From contig JALGVI010000102.1 in assembly GCA_029838215.1 (NCBI GenBank), positions 1-17,500 on the forward strand: 17,500 bases of DNA, read 5' to 3'. The translations under genes and the position numbers were made by a program. Positions 7,644 through 16,098 of the stretch are shown here, piece after piece. The stretch's first letter is position 1. Every line of letters begins with the position of its first letter. This stretch comes from Candidatus Helarchaeota archaeon. Its GTDB lineage: Archaea; Asgardarchaeota; Lokiarchaeia; Helarchaeales; RDOG01. A model generated the notes under the pieces. The model did no database searches. It saw nothing but the letters and a program-made list of their open reading frames with translations, and was not told the origin of the DNA.

Positions 7644-8654
7644 TTATTTTCTCTTTTTCTTAACCGGTTTCTGAGTTTTTGATACACGGTTCTTTACTGC
7701 AATTTTACCATTCATGATCTCATAAGTGAGATGAAATACGGTTTTATAATCCTCTTCCGTAATATTCGTCCGATTTTGTAAAAGAGCATGCACCGCACCA
7801 TACCTGACAATTTGAATTAATTTCCCCAATCGTCCTCTTGATAATTTATGTAATAACTTGGCAATTGTTGGGTTAATCTTGCCATCTTTATTTGTGAGGT
7901 CCCAGTCAGGTAGAAAATCTCCATACGCTTTGTAGATTGAGTATAACAGGTCTAGATATTCTTCATTAATTTCCCATGCTGGAAGGTTTAGTGGTCTGAA
8001 CCGTTCTTCTACCCAATCAGCCGCGTGAAATAATTCGAACGCTTCTGGCGTTCCTATAAGAATAATCCGGGTTTGGCTTTGATTAGTGAGTTTTTTAAAT
8101 CCATTGAAAATGTCTTTTTTATCTTCTAAGTCCGCTTTAATCAAATTCTGGATTTCATCAATGAAAAGGAGTCTAACTTTTCGAGATTTCAATTCTTTTA
8201 TTATCCTGTCAATTAAAACGTCCGTATGGGTGTTTCTCAACGCAGATCCATGTATTTCGATGCCAAATGTTTCCAATATAGCAGAGAACATGCGTTTAAG
8301 CGTGACACGTACCGGTGTCTCATAATATAAAATATCCCATCTAGAAAAAGGTATTCCTTCTTTTTTTGCAATGAGCTTACAATAATTCATGTACTTTATC
8401 ACCAGGGTCGTTTTTCCCGTATTAATTTCCCCTGAAATGAAAAGAGATAGTGGTCTTACTTCAGAATTAACATCGGGATTATCGTGATATTGGAGAGCTT
8501 GCAAGAATGCAACATCGATTTCATCGCAAATTTGCCTCGCTCGATTATATTCAAACCATGCTTGGTATGTAAGAATTTCTGTAGCTTGTTCGACTCGTTT
8601 TCTTCTTTCATGATCATGAGATGTAAGATCATGAATACTGGGTGCTTTAATCAT
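7644..8654 (-). CDS. tnsC: TnsC/TniB-family AAA+ ATPase
   Basis: Walker A GEINTGKT, Walker B LLFIDEIQNL, IILIGT and ERFRPLNLPAW (TniB-type RF...LP.W). Starts 3 bp after the transposase stop. Confidence 0.9.
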   Translation of the reverse strand: MIKAPSIHDLTSHDHERRKRVEQATEILTYQAWFEYNRARQICDEIDVAFLQALQYHDNPDVNSEVRPLSLFISGEINTGKTTLVIKYMNYCKLIAKKEGIPFSRWDILYYETPVRVTLKRMFSAILETFGIEIHGSALRNTHTDVLIDRIIKELKSRKVRLLFIDEIQNLIKADLEDKKDIFNGFKKLTNQSQTRIILIGTPEAFELFHAADWVEERFRPLNLPAWEINEEYLDLLYSIYKAYGDFLPDWDLTNKDGKINPTIAKLLHKLSRGRLGKLIQIVRYGAVHALLQNRTNITEEDYKTVFHLTYEIMNGKIAVKNRVSKTQKPVKKKRK

Positions 8655-8657
8655 TTT

Positions 8658-11258
8658 TTAACCTTCCATATATTCTTTACTTGGATATTTACTCGTTTCT
8701 AATCCTTTCGATTGGTATTTTTGAAAGATTTCTTCATTATTTGGTTTATCAGAATCCATTAATTCAGGTTGATATGTCTTAAAAAGTAGATCATCATATT
8801 CATCCAATTCGGAATTAATTGGAATGTTTCTTTCTTTATTCACCAAAATTTTGCTTTGAATACTTTTACGGCTACTCTCTTTTACCTTTTCTTGTTCCCT
8901 TCGGACACGTTTCGACTCCTTCTTGGCAGTGCTCACTAACTTTTCTCGTTCTAGTCTAGAATATTCTTTCCTAAAGCTATATGGCGTTAATCTGTTCTTG
9001 ACTCGAATTTTAATTGCTTGAACGTCTCTCTGCCAAGCCGACGCATAAATTGGTAAATTTCCATATGCTTCAAGTAATGTTGCTGCCCAACCGCTTGCGA
9101 GCTCAACTTTGATGGGATTATTATCGATAGGGTTAATAACCCATATATATCGAATATCTTTTCGATCTAACAATACAAATACTTTCTGTTTTTCTCCTAG
9201 GATGTTAAATATTCGTGATAATTCCTTATTATTATATTTCAGATATCGTTTGGTTATACCATCACTTCTCAGAGTACGCTTATCTTTATCAAGGGTGTCG
9301 AGATATAATAAAGCAATTTCCCGATGGTTTCGTGGCGGTTCTCTTGGTAATGGTATAATAATTTTTGAACTAGAGCATTTGATATCATCGAATTTTACAA
9401 AAGGTGCCAGAACATGGTCATCGTAAGAGTTTGTAAAATGATATTCATCAACTATCCATTTATGCAACCATTTTTCGATCTCTTGTAGGGTACAAACAGC
9501 TTCAGCTTCTGGTTTTAAATCGGGATTTTCTAGACGTTTTCGTAGTAATGGACGATATCCTGGAACTTCATCTTTTATTCCTTGACGTAAAACGTTGAAC
9601 CATTGTTCAATAAATGCTTTATAGCGGGGGGTTCTAACAGGAGCGTATTCAAGGATGATGTCGTACTTCATGCAGAACTCTTTCAAGGCTAGAGACCTAT
9701 AATCCATTCCATTATCCACCAAAATGAGAACTGGAAATCCTTGGATGGGCCATTCTTGCTCAGTCTCGTATATTTGTGTATAATTTTTCTTTGATAAGAT
9801 ACTTTGTACAAGAACTTCAAGAACAGTTTGACTCGAACTCGGCGAGAAAGAGAGATAAAACCCTGTTATCATTCGTGTATGACAATCAATGGAGGCAGTT
9901 AAATAGGGAGTGGATAATGGAAGGCGTTGCTCTGAATCTACTAGAAATACATCAAATGGCGTGTTATCAAATTGAAGGACTTGCATCGGACCAACCGCTT
10001 CTTGAAAAGAAGCAAATGAAGGAGTGAAATCTGACTTGTGAGCACGTCGACCTCGTTTATAGTAAGCGAGTTCTGAAGCTGTAGTGTTATAATTAACATA
10101 TCGACGAAATGAAGATATACTAGGTGGTGATGTTTCGGATTTCTTACATAATTTTACAAGATTGTTAAAAGCCTTCTTTAAAGTTATATTGGGTTTTAAA
10201 TATTGTTTCCGAGCTTTCTCTATCAATTCAAAAGTACTTTGATCGAACTTTTTTGGTCTTCCTGCATTTTTAAAATTTGGAACAAGACCATTAATCCCAT
10301 TTTTTTTGTATGATGAAATCCAGTAATAAAGTGTTCTTTGGGGAACCATCCATTGTTTACAGAAATTTTTTCGCCATTGTGATGTCCTCTTTTTTGAGGG
10401 TTGTTTTAACCACGCCTTCACTATCAAGTGTCGCTTCTCAACTTCTTCTTGATACTTTAGAGGAATGTTTGATGAAATTGATTTTAAAGTAGCATCTTCA
10501 AATTCTTGAGAATCAGTCGTATCCTCACTTGTTTGATCTAAAAACCAATCATATTCCTCCCATAATGGCTTAAAAGGAAATCTTTTAATCCTTGTTCTCT
10601 TTCGAATAATAGTATCTTCTGATAAACGTCTTGTAGAAAAAGTATCAACAAATACGAGTCCATGATAAATTGCATAACAAATAATTTGACTAGCTTTTCC
10701 AATTTCGACTCCTAACTCCTCAGCTAATTGAAAACACAGGAGATTATATTTCTCTCCATCTGGAGATATTAATAAAACGAGACTCTTGATATATTTATCG
10801 TTGTCAATACATTTAGATGCTCCTAAAGCATACCAAATATTCGCCATCCGAGTGGTTTTTATTTCTTTTTCGGTTATTACTGCAAATAAACAGCCATTTC
10901 GTTTTGCCCAAGATTTTGCAGCCGCGAATTTTAGCTCAAGCTCTTCATAGTTATTTAATAATGATTCTTCGTTCTTGATTTCTACTAACACACAATTTCC
11001 ATCAGAAAATTCAATATAGACATCAGGGGTGTAGCTTTTCGTTTTTCCCTTTTCATCCTTATATTCTATTTTAACTGGTTGGTGTTGATATCGTATTACA
11101 GCAGGATCATGTTCAAGTTGAAGGTAAAAATTTCGTTCGAGCTGAGATTCGTATTCGACAAATTTCTCCGGAACTTTATTTGATGGAAAAAATCCGCGAT
11201 TTCCTCGCGTCTTTGGTGGTATCTTACGGACTGAGGACCAATTTATAGACATTGCCAA
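8658..11258 (-). CDS. tnsAB: Fused TnsA endonuclease / TnsB DDE transposase (TnsAB); ATG at 11252 is an alternative start
   Basis: N-terminal TnsA motifs ESQLE, QP, YTPD and VEIK. Central HTH (QRTLYYWISSYKKNGINGL...GRP). DDE core QFDNTPFD, IDCHTRMITG, VDNGMDY, KAFIEQWF. Mu-type C-terminal region. One uninterrupted ORF. Confidence 0.92.
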   Translation of the reverse strand: MAMSINWSSVRKIPPKTRGNRGFFPSNKVPEKFVEYESQLERNFYLQLEHDPAVIRYQHQPVKIEYKDEKGKTKSYTPDVYIEFSDGNCVLVEIKNEESLLNNYEELELKFAAAKSWAKRNGCLFAVITEKEIKTTRMANIWYALGASKCIDNDKYIKSLVLLISPDGEKYNLLCFQLAEELGVEIGKASQIICYAIYHGLVFVDTFSTRRLSEDTIIRKRTRIKRFPFKPLWEEYDWFLDQTSEDTTDSQEFEDATLKSISSNIPLKYQEEVEKRHLIVKAWLKQPSKKRTSQWRKNFCKQWMVPQRTLYYWISSYKKNGINGLVPNFKNAGRPKKFDQSTFELIEKARKQYLKPNITLKKAFNNLVKLCKKSETSPPSISSFRRYVNYNTTASELAYYKRGRRAHKSDFTPSFASFQEAVGPMQVLQFDNTPFDVFLVDSEQRLPLSTPYLTASIDCHTRMITGFYLSFSPSSSQTVLEVLVQSILSKKNYTQIYETEQEWPIQGFPVLILVDNGMDYRSLALKEFCMKYDIILEYAPVRTPRYKAFIEQWFNVLRQGIKDEVPGYRPLLRKRLENPDLKPEAEAVCTLQEIEKWLHKWIVDEYHFTNSYDDHVLAPFVKFDDIKCSSSKIIIPLPREPPRNHREIALLYLDTLDKDKRTLRSDGITKRYLKYNNKELSRIFNILGEKQKVFVLLDRKDIRYIWVINPIDNNPIKVELASGWAATLLEAYGNLPIYASAWQRDVQAIKIRVKNRLTPYSFRKEYSRLEREKLVSTAKKESKRVRREQEKVKESSRKSIQSKILVNKERNIPINSELDEYDDLLFKTYQPELMDSDKPNNEEIFQKYQSKGLETSKYPSKEYMEG

Positions 11259-11455
11259 TCATTTTGATAAAAAGAAGATCGCACTATATATATGGTGCCA
11301 GACATTTTGAAATTCTTGATACATATTGCCAAACATTATGAATTTCTTTTTTCCAGAATTGTTTGGCGATAAACCAGAAGAATGATCCTCAGAACTATTT
11401 CTGCATTCCCTTCATTGCTAATCATTATGAATTTTCTCATAATGTTTTCATGCCA
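11253..11455. repeat. Candidate transposon end: six ~17-bp sites (consensus TGCCAAACATTATGAAT), putative TnsB-binding sites
   Basis: Forward: TGCCAATCATTTTGAT (11253), TGCCAGACATTTTGAAA (11296), TGCCAAACATTATGAAT (11327), TGCTAATCATTATGAAT (11416). Inverted: CGCCAAACAATTCTGGA (11368-11352) and TGAAAACATTATGAGAA (11450-11434). Confidence 0.7.
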
Positions 11456-11492
11456 TCTGTTGAGAGAGTATCTTTTAGAGAAAAGATCTTGA

Positions 11493-12464
11493 TCAAACCA
11501 GTCTTATCCAAACGGTTCTATCGTTATCCATGGGAAATTTAGAAACTCTCATGTTCTTAAATGCGTCAGGCATGATGATCTGGTAACCTTTTCCTTTTAC
11601 ACTATAAAACCCGATTTGATTGTCTAAGTTAGTTTTAAGCCTCTTAGCTTTATTCTTTATTAAATCTGAAATATCATGGTCATTTATTGCCTTATTGACC
11701 ACTTCTCCAATTGTCATGCTTGATGTATACCCCGGCCTATAAGGATCGTCAATATCGATGAAGAATTGGTCCGTTTGATTTTTATCGAGAAATATCACGA
11801 GTTTGTATCGATTTTTAGCAAGAACTTTAAGTCTTCTTTTCTCTTGAAATTTTTCCAGCTTGCTCGGATCTGATACTTCTAAATGAAATTCTATTGCATA
11901 CTCTTTATATAAATATTCGTTTTCAATAATATCTTCTAAGATTTCTTTTCCTTTATGGTTGCCCATTTTTGCGAGGATATAAGCAAGATTAATTTTTTCT
12001 CTCAATTCTTCAGTCTTATTCAATTCCTTTTCAATTACGTCCGTAACTTTTGGATTCTTAATTTTAACAAATATTTCAGCAATATTCCTTACTACTTCGT
12101 TAGAAAAAAACCAAACTTTCAACAGTTTAAGACTTGATTTAAGATTGCTTACATCTGCTATCAATGAAATCGTTTTAATGGTTTCTAAATTATTTAAACG
12201 ATATGGATTAAATGAACTTAATTTTTTATTATGTTCTATTGACAGAGCAATTAATTTCTCTGCAGTTTTATTATCTCCAAGTTTACCTAAGGCATTAAGA
12301 ATAGGTATTTGTTCTGACCTATATCCTTTTTTCATTAAGTTACGTAGCTTTTTTAAAAGCGGCTTATTAGCTTTTGGAGAGTTGAGTTGAATCAATTGAT
12401 CGCAGATTTCTTCCGTTTTGCTCCTATCAGATTGGAGTTGATTTAAAAGCTCTTTAAGATTCAT
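11493..12464 (-). CDS. HEAT (PBS-lyase-like) repeat protein with an unassigned C-terminal domain
   Basis: HEAT-like units ILNALGKLGDNKTAEKLIAL and NLAYILAKMGNHKGKEILEDII. The last ~105 aa have a distinct alpha/beta character. Confidence 0.7.
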   Translation of the reverse strand: MNLKELLNQLQSDRSKTEEICDQLIQLNSPKANKPLLKKLRNLMKKGYRSEQIPILNALGKLGDNKTAEKLIALSIEHNKKLSSFNPYRLNNLETIKTISLIADVSNLKSSLKLLKVWFFSNEVVRNIAEIFVKIKNPKVTDVIEKELNKTEELREKINLAYILAKMGNHKGKEILEDIIENEYLYKEYAIEFHLEVSDPSKLEKFQEKRRLKVLAKNRYKLVIFLDKNQTDQFFIDIDDPYRPGYTSSMTIGEVVNKAINDHDISDLIKNKAKRLKTNLDNQIGFYSVKGKGYQIIMPDAFKNMRVSKFPMDNDRTVWIRLV

Positions 12465-12468
12465 GACG

Positions 12469-12499
12469 AAAAAAAAAAAAATCTTTATTTAAGTTTTTC
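12469..12499 (-). promoter_or_regulatory. Putative archaeal BRE-TATA promoter followed by a T13 tract, upstream of the HEAT gene
   Basis: The minus strand reads GAAAAA CTTAAATA AAGA T13 CGTC ATG, with the TATA ending about 22 nt before the ATG (leaderless-type spacing). Confidence 0.45.
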
Positions 12500-12763
12500 T
12501 ATACTTCGGTCTTAGGTTAGTCCGAAATTTTAGTTACGGCTTAAATCTGTTTCAATAAATCTAGATTTAGCCAAAAATTCATTAAACAGAAAAAGTCGGC
12601 AAGAAATGATCCGCTCTGAATTTCTGACCTACCCAAATTCTTGTTTATATAAAAAACATGATTTTTCGAAATATTTGTCGATAAATCGCATGGCTGGTCT
12701 ATATTATTGCCTGATTACTAAAAGACTTGATAATCTTTTTAAAGAAGTTTTAAATCGTTTTAA

Positions 12764-13087
12764 ATGATGAATAAAAACCAAACAAAAACCCTGATTTGTG
12801 TTCTAACGGCAGGATTATTCTTCATTCCTTCGGTTATCTTTGATTTATGGTTTCTCATTCCAATTGGAGCCATATTTGATTGGTTGCCTTTGCCGATGGG
12901 ATGGATGAAAGGTGAAGAAAAAACAGAACGAAAGAAAAATTTAATCATAATCCATGCCATAATCACCGTGATAGCTTATATTTTCGCAATCATTTGGATT
13001 TTTACGCTGATATGGATTTATAAGTTCTTATTTTTGGAAATCTGGTGGGCGGCGGTCATAATTGGAGTATTCTTGATTGGAAAATGA
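12764..13087 (+). CDS. Hypothetical multi-pass membrane protein
   Basis: 107 aa with about 3-4 hydrophobic segments and a charged loop (KGEEKTERKK). Confidence 0.7.
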   Translation: MMNKNQTKTLICVLTAGLFFIPSVIFDLWFLIPIGAIFDWLPLPMGWMKGEEKTERKKNLIIIHAIITVIAYIFAIIWIFTLIWIYKFLFLEIWWAAVIIGVFLIGK

Positions 13088-13099
13088 GGAAAATTTGCT

Positions 13100-13930
13100 C
13101 TAAGCCTTACCGCGGCGTGCATCTTCTTTCTTTTGAATCTCTTCATATGGGTCGTGGTAGAATGATAAATAATATTTTGCTGCCAGTTCATCCAGATCCC
13201 AATATTCTCCCTGCAGGGATTGGATGCTTGCAAAGACTCGCTTTGCGTTTTCCGTGAATCCGCTTGAAGTTATGATGTAGGCATAGTCAATGCCGTATCT
13301 GCTTGCGAATTTTGAGAATTCTTCAATTGTTTCTTGGTCGACCAGCTTGTTGAAGTAATGAATTCCTTGTATGAATATACGATTTCCGAAGATTTGTTGA
13401 ATTCTCAGTTTTTCTTGCGTGTAATCTGCGATGCGGAATCCCTTTTCGAACAATACATCGGCAATGGGAAGGAATTTGAAATTATTTTTTTCAAAAAATC
13501 GTTCGATTATGTCCATGAAGCCCGATTGGTCAACAGACAAGATCCAGTTCTTGATCTCTTCCGTTCGAGTCCTAAAATCTTTATAATCTTTTTCTTGCAG
13601 GAATATTTGATATTTATAATTTAATAACTTGATTTGTTGCTGTAAATACCTAAAACTCGTTTCATAATTTTCTTTACTGATGGTATTTGACTCTCTTTTC
13701 TTTTCAAGTTGATCTAGTCCTTCGCTCAATCGCAAGATTCGAAGTTGGAAATCTTTTTCAGATTGAATGACGAATCCTTCGACTTTTAGTTCGGTTATTT
13801 TAAACTGATTTGATTTTTGCTCCGCCTCATTTGGTACAATTTTTACTTCCTTTTCAGTTTCATCTTTCTCGTCTTGTTGTTCGGCTTGTTTTTCTTTTTT
13901 CCATTCCGGAAACATGATATCGCGAACCAT
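13100..13930 (-). CDS. Charged/coiled-coil N-terminus plus C-terminal Mrr-like (type IV restriction endonuclease fold) domain, apparently degenerate
   Basis: The C-terminal pattern IFIQGIHY...VDQETIEEF...YAYIITSSGFTENAK...WDLDEL matches the Mrr_cat tail (xQxK...v....v.ef...iT.s.FT..A...d...L). The catalytic Lys position reads Ile. Confidence 0.6.
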   Translation of the reverse strand: MVRDIMFPEWKKEKQAEQQDEKDETEKEVKIVPNEAEQKSNQFKITELKVEGFVIQSEKDFQLRILRLSEGLDQLEKKRESNTISKENYETSFRYLQQQIKLLNYKYQIFLQEKDYKDFRTRTEEIKNWILSVDQSGFMDIIERFFEKNNFKFLPIADVLFEKGFRIADYTQEKLRIQQIFGNRIFIQGIHYFNKLVDQETIEEFSKFASRYGIDYAYIITSSGFTENAKRVFASIQSLQGEYWDLDELAAKYYLSFYHDPYEEIQKKEDARRGKA

Positions 13931-14375
13931 CCGTCAATTTCTTTTTAGAATTTCGTCGAAAGTCGTCATTTATATCTGATCCGTCGTCGTATTTATAATT
14001 AATTATAAAAAGACGTCTTGTTTTTATTCGCGGCTAAAGAAAAAATGGTTCAGAAGCAAGGATCTGAACATGTTGTCTATTTAAAATAAAAATGAGTCTT
14101 GAATTTAATTACATTCCAAATGAAAACTGAAATTCGGATGAATAGTCAAGACCGCTGAAGTAGACGGAAATACTGGAAATAATGAGCACGACGATTAATA
14201 TGCTTATACAAACGAGAAAAATGAATGACATTTTTTCGTAAAAGGTCGGTGGGTCTGGTATTTCGTCAAAAGGATCCCTTGACATCTGATTTCACCTGAT
14301 TTAAAAAAGTTTAAAACCTTACTATATAATTTTTCTAAAGATTGCTATTAAAGTTTTTTACAAATTCGATTGAAA

Positions 14376-15245
14376 ATGCCCAAGTTGAAGAGAATGAAGT
14401 TTGCGAAAGTCCACGGAATTGGTAATGATTTTATTTTAATAAATAATATTGAGGAGCGTATTTCAATAGAGCGTTTTCCTGAATTAGCCCGTAGGTTTTG
14501 CAGGCGTAATTTCTCTATTGGTGCAGATGGGATTCTCGTTTTGGAAAATTCACGGGGTGCAGATTTCAGGATGCTAATTTTTAATTCTGACGGTTCCGAA
14601 GCGGAGATGTGTGGGAATGGTATTCGTTGCATTGCCATGTATTGCCATGAAAAAGGTCTCACGGACAAGCAAGAGTTAGAAATCGAGACGCTTGCAGGAA
14701 TTATCAAGCCAAGAATTAACATCAACGAAAAGAATCAAGTTTCCGGGATCACGGTTGACATGGGCAAAGCAGAACTGACCAGAAGTAAGATTCCCATGGT
14801 CGGTCCTGATGAACCCGTTGTATCTGAAGATTTTGATCTCAATGGAACCGTTTTTAAAATTACAGCTGTTTCCATGGGCAATCCTCACTGCGTGATTTTC
14901 GTAGATGACCTTTCTACCTTCAACACGTGGAAGGAATTTGGAGCAAGGATCGAAGTTGATGCCAGATTTCCACAGCGCGTGAACGTGGAATTTGTCCAAA
15001 TCGAGTCGCCTAGCAATGTTAAAGTGAACGTTTGGGAACGCGGTGCAGGTGCTACACTAGCGTGTGGAACGGGTGCCTGTGCAGTAGTTGTTGCTTTAGT
15101 GTTAAATCGAAAGGCAAAGAAGGGTGATGAGATCACCGTATCCTTACCCGGAGGCGATTTAAAGATAACATGGGCTCTCGATGAGCATGTATACATGACC
15201 GGACCTGCTGAGTTTGTATTTGAGGCGGAAATTAATCATGATTGA
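14376..15245 (+). CDS. dapF: Diaminopimelate epimerase
   Basis: Signature motifs HGIGNDF, EAEMCGNGIRC, SMGNPHCV, NVEFV and WERGAGATLACGTGACA. ATG at 14376 chosen over the TTG at 14370. Confidence 0.97.
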   Translation: MPKLKRMKFAKVHGIGNDFILINNIEERISIERFPELARRFCRRNFSIGADGILVLENSRGADFRMLIFNSDGSEAEMCGNGIRCIAMYCHEKGLTDKQELEIETLAGIIKPRININEKNQVSGITVDMGKAELTRSKIPMVGPDEPVVSEDFDLNGTVFKITAVSMGNPHCVIFVDDLSTFNTWKEFGARIEVDARFPQRVNVEFVQIESPSNVKVNVWERGAGATLACGTGACAVVVALVLNRKAKKGDEITVSLPGGDLKITWALDEHVYMTGPAEFVFEAEINHD

Positions 15246-16098
15246 TTATCATTGTCATACAAAATTTTGTCGTCATGCAACGGGCACGATGAATGAATAT
15301 GTAGAGCGTGCGAAGAAGTTGGGACTATCGGGAATGGGTTTCAGCGATCATTTTCCCATGGTTTTTCTGAGGCGTTTTTTCAAACCTGAAGAAATCAACG
15401 ACGTTCCGCTTGAGGATTATTCAATGACTCCTGAAGAAGTCCCTACCTATCTCCAAATGGTGAAGACGTTACAAGCACGGTTTACCACGCCCGGCTTCGA
15501 GATAAAACTCGGGTTTGAACTAGACTATGTTCGAGACCAAGATGCTCAAATCAAATCATTAATTACTCCACATGTTGCCGACTTAGATTATATCTATGGT
15601 TCCATACATTTTCTTTACGTGAAAGGTCGTGTTTTTCCCTTTGACGATTCTCGATTCAAGAAGATTTACGATAGCGTGTCCATAGATGACTTGCACGTCC
15701 TATATTTCGAAAGTCTAAACAAGATGGTCAAATCGGGCATTTATGATATCGTTGCTCACTTTGACTTGTTGAAAAAATTCAATATCCGTCCTTTAAAAAG
15801 GTCTAATTATGAAACTCTCGTGGAAGAATCGCTTTCTGAGATAGCAAGATCTGGAATGGCATTAGAATTAAACACGGCTGGTCTCAGAAAACCCGTGAAT
15901 GAGTTTTACCCCGAAGATTTCATCCTAGAAATATGCTTGGAAAAGAAAATTCCCATCGTGCTCGGTTCCGATGCCCACAACCCTGAAGAAGTCGGTCATG
16001 AATTCAAGAGCGCTCAAAGTTTGCTTTTAAAATTAGGATTCACGTCAACGGTTAACTTCAAAAAAAGGAAGCAGGTTTTAATCAATCTGATCGATTAG
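15238..16098 (+). CDS. hisK: PHP-family histidinol-phosphatase (HisJ/HisK type)
   Basis: DYHCHT...H, FSDH, GFELDY, GSIH, AHFDL.KKF, ELNTAGLRKP...YP and LGSDAH.P metal-binding motifs. ATG at 15238 overlaps the dapF 3' end by 8 bp. Substrate is assigned by family resemblance. Confidence 0.85.
   Translation: MIDYHCHTKFCRHATGTMNEYVERAKKLGLSGMGFSDHFPMVFLRRFFKPEEINDVPLEDYSMTPEEVPTYLQMVKTLQARFTTPGFEIKLGFELDYVRDQDAQIKSLITPHVADLDYIYGSIHFLYVKGRVFPFDDSRFKKIYDSVSIDDLHVLYFESLNKMVKSGIYDIVAHFDLLKKFNIRPLKRSNYETLVEESLSEIARSGMALELNTAGLRKPVNEFYPEDFILEICLEKKIPIVLGSDAHNPEEVGHEFKSAQSLLLKLGFTSTVNFKKRKQVLINLID

Larger units (their letters stand above)
6073..11455 (-). mobile_element. Tn7/Tn5053-superfamily transposon core (tnsAB-tnsC-repeat gene) with one candidate end; the other end is not established and the element may extend left through 1405 or beyond
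   Basis: Tightly packed same-strand operon. A cluster of repeated 17-bp sites upstream of tnsAB ends in CA at 11450 (or 11455). Confidence 0.8.

Noticed and set aside
7515-8000. RF..LPAW in the repeat proteins resembling ERFRPLNLPAW in TnsC
   Set aside because: Spacing differs and the TnsC motif is part of the AAA+ fold. With such a short match, coincidence cannot be excluded.
12537-12572. Imperfect hairpin GGCTTAAATCT...AGATTTAGCC as an ncRNA
   Set aside because: It is a single short AT-rich stem with no recognisable RNA family features.
14376-16098. dapF-hisK coupling as a novel operon
   Set aside because: Both are ordinary biosynthetic genes, and mixed amino-acid biosynthesis clusters are common. 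Nothing in the sequence suggests a new function.
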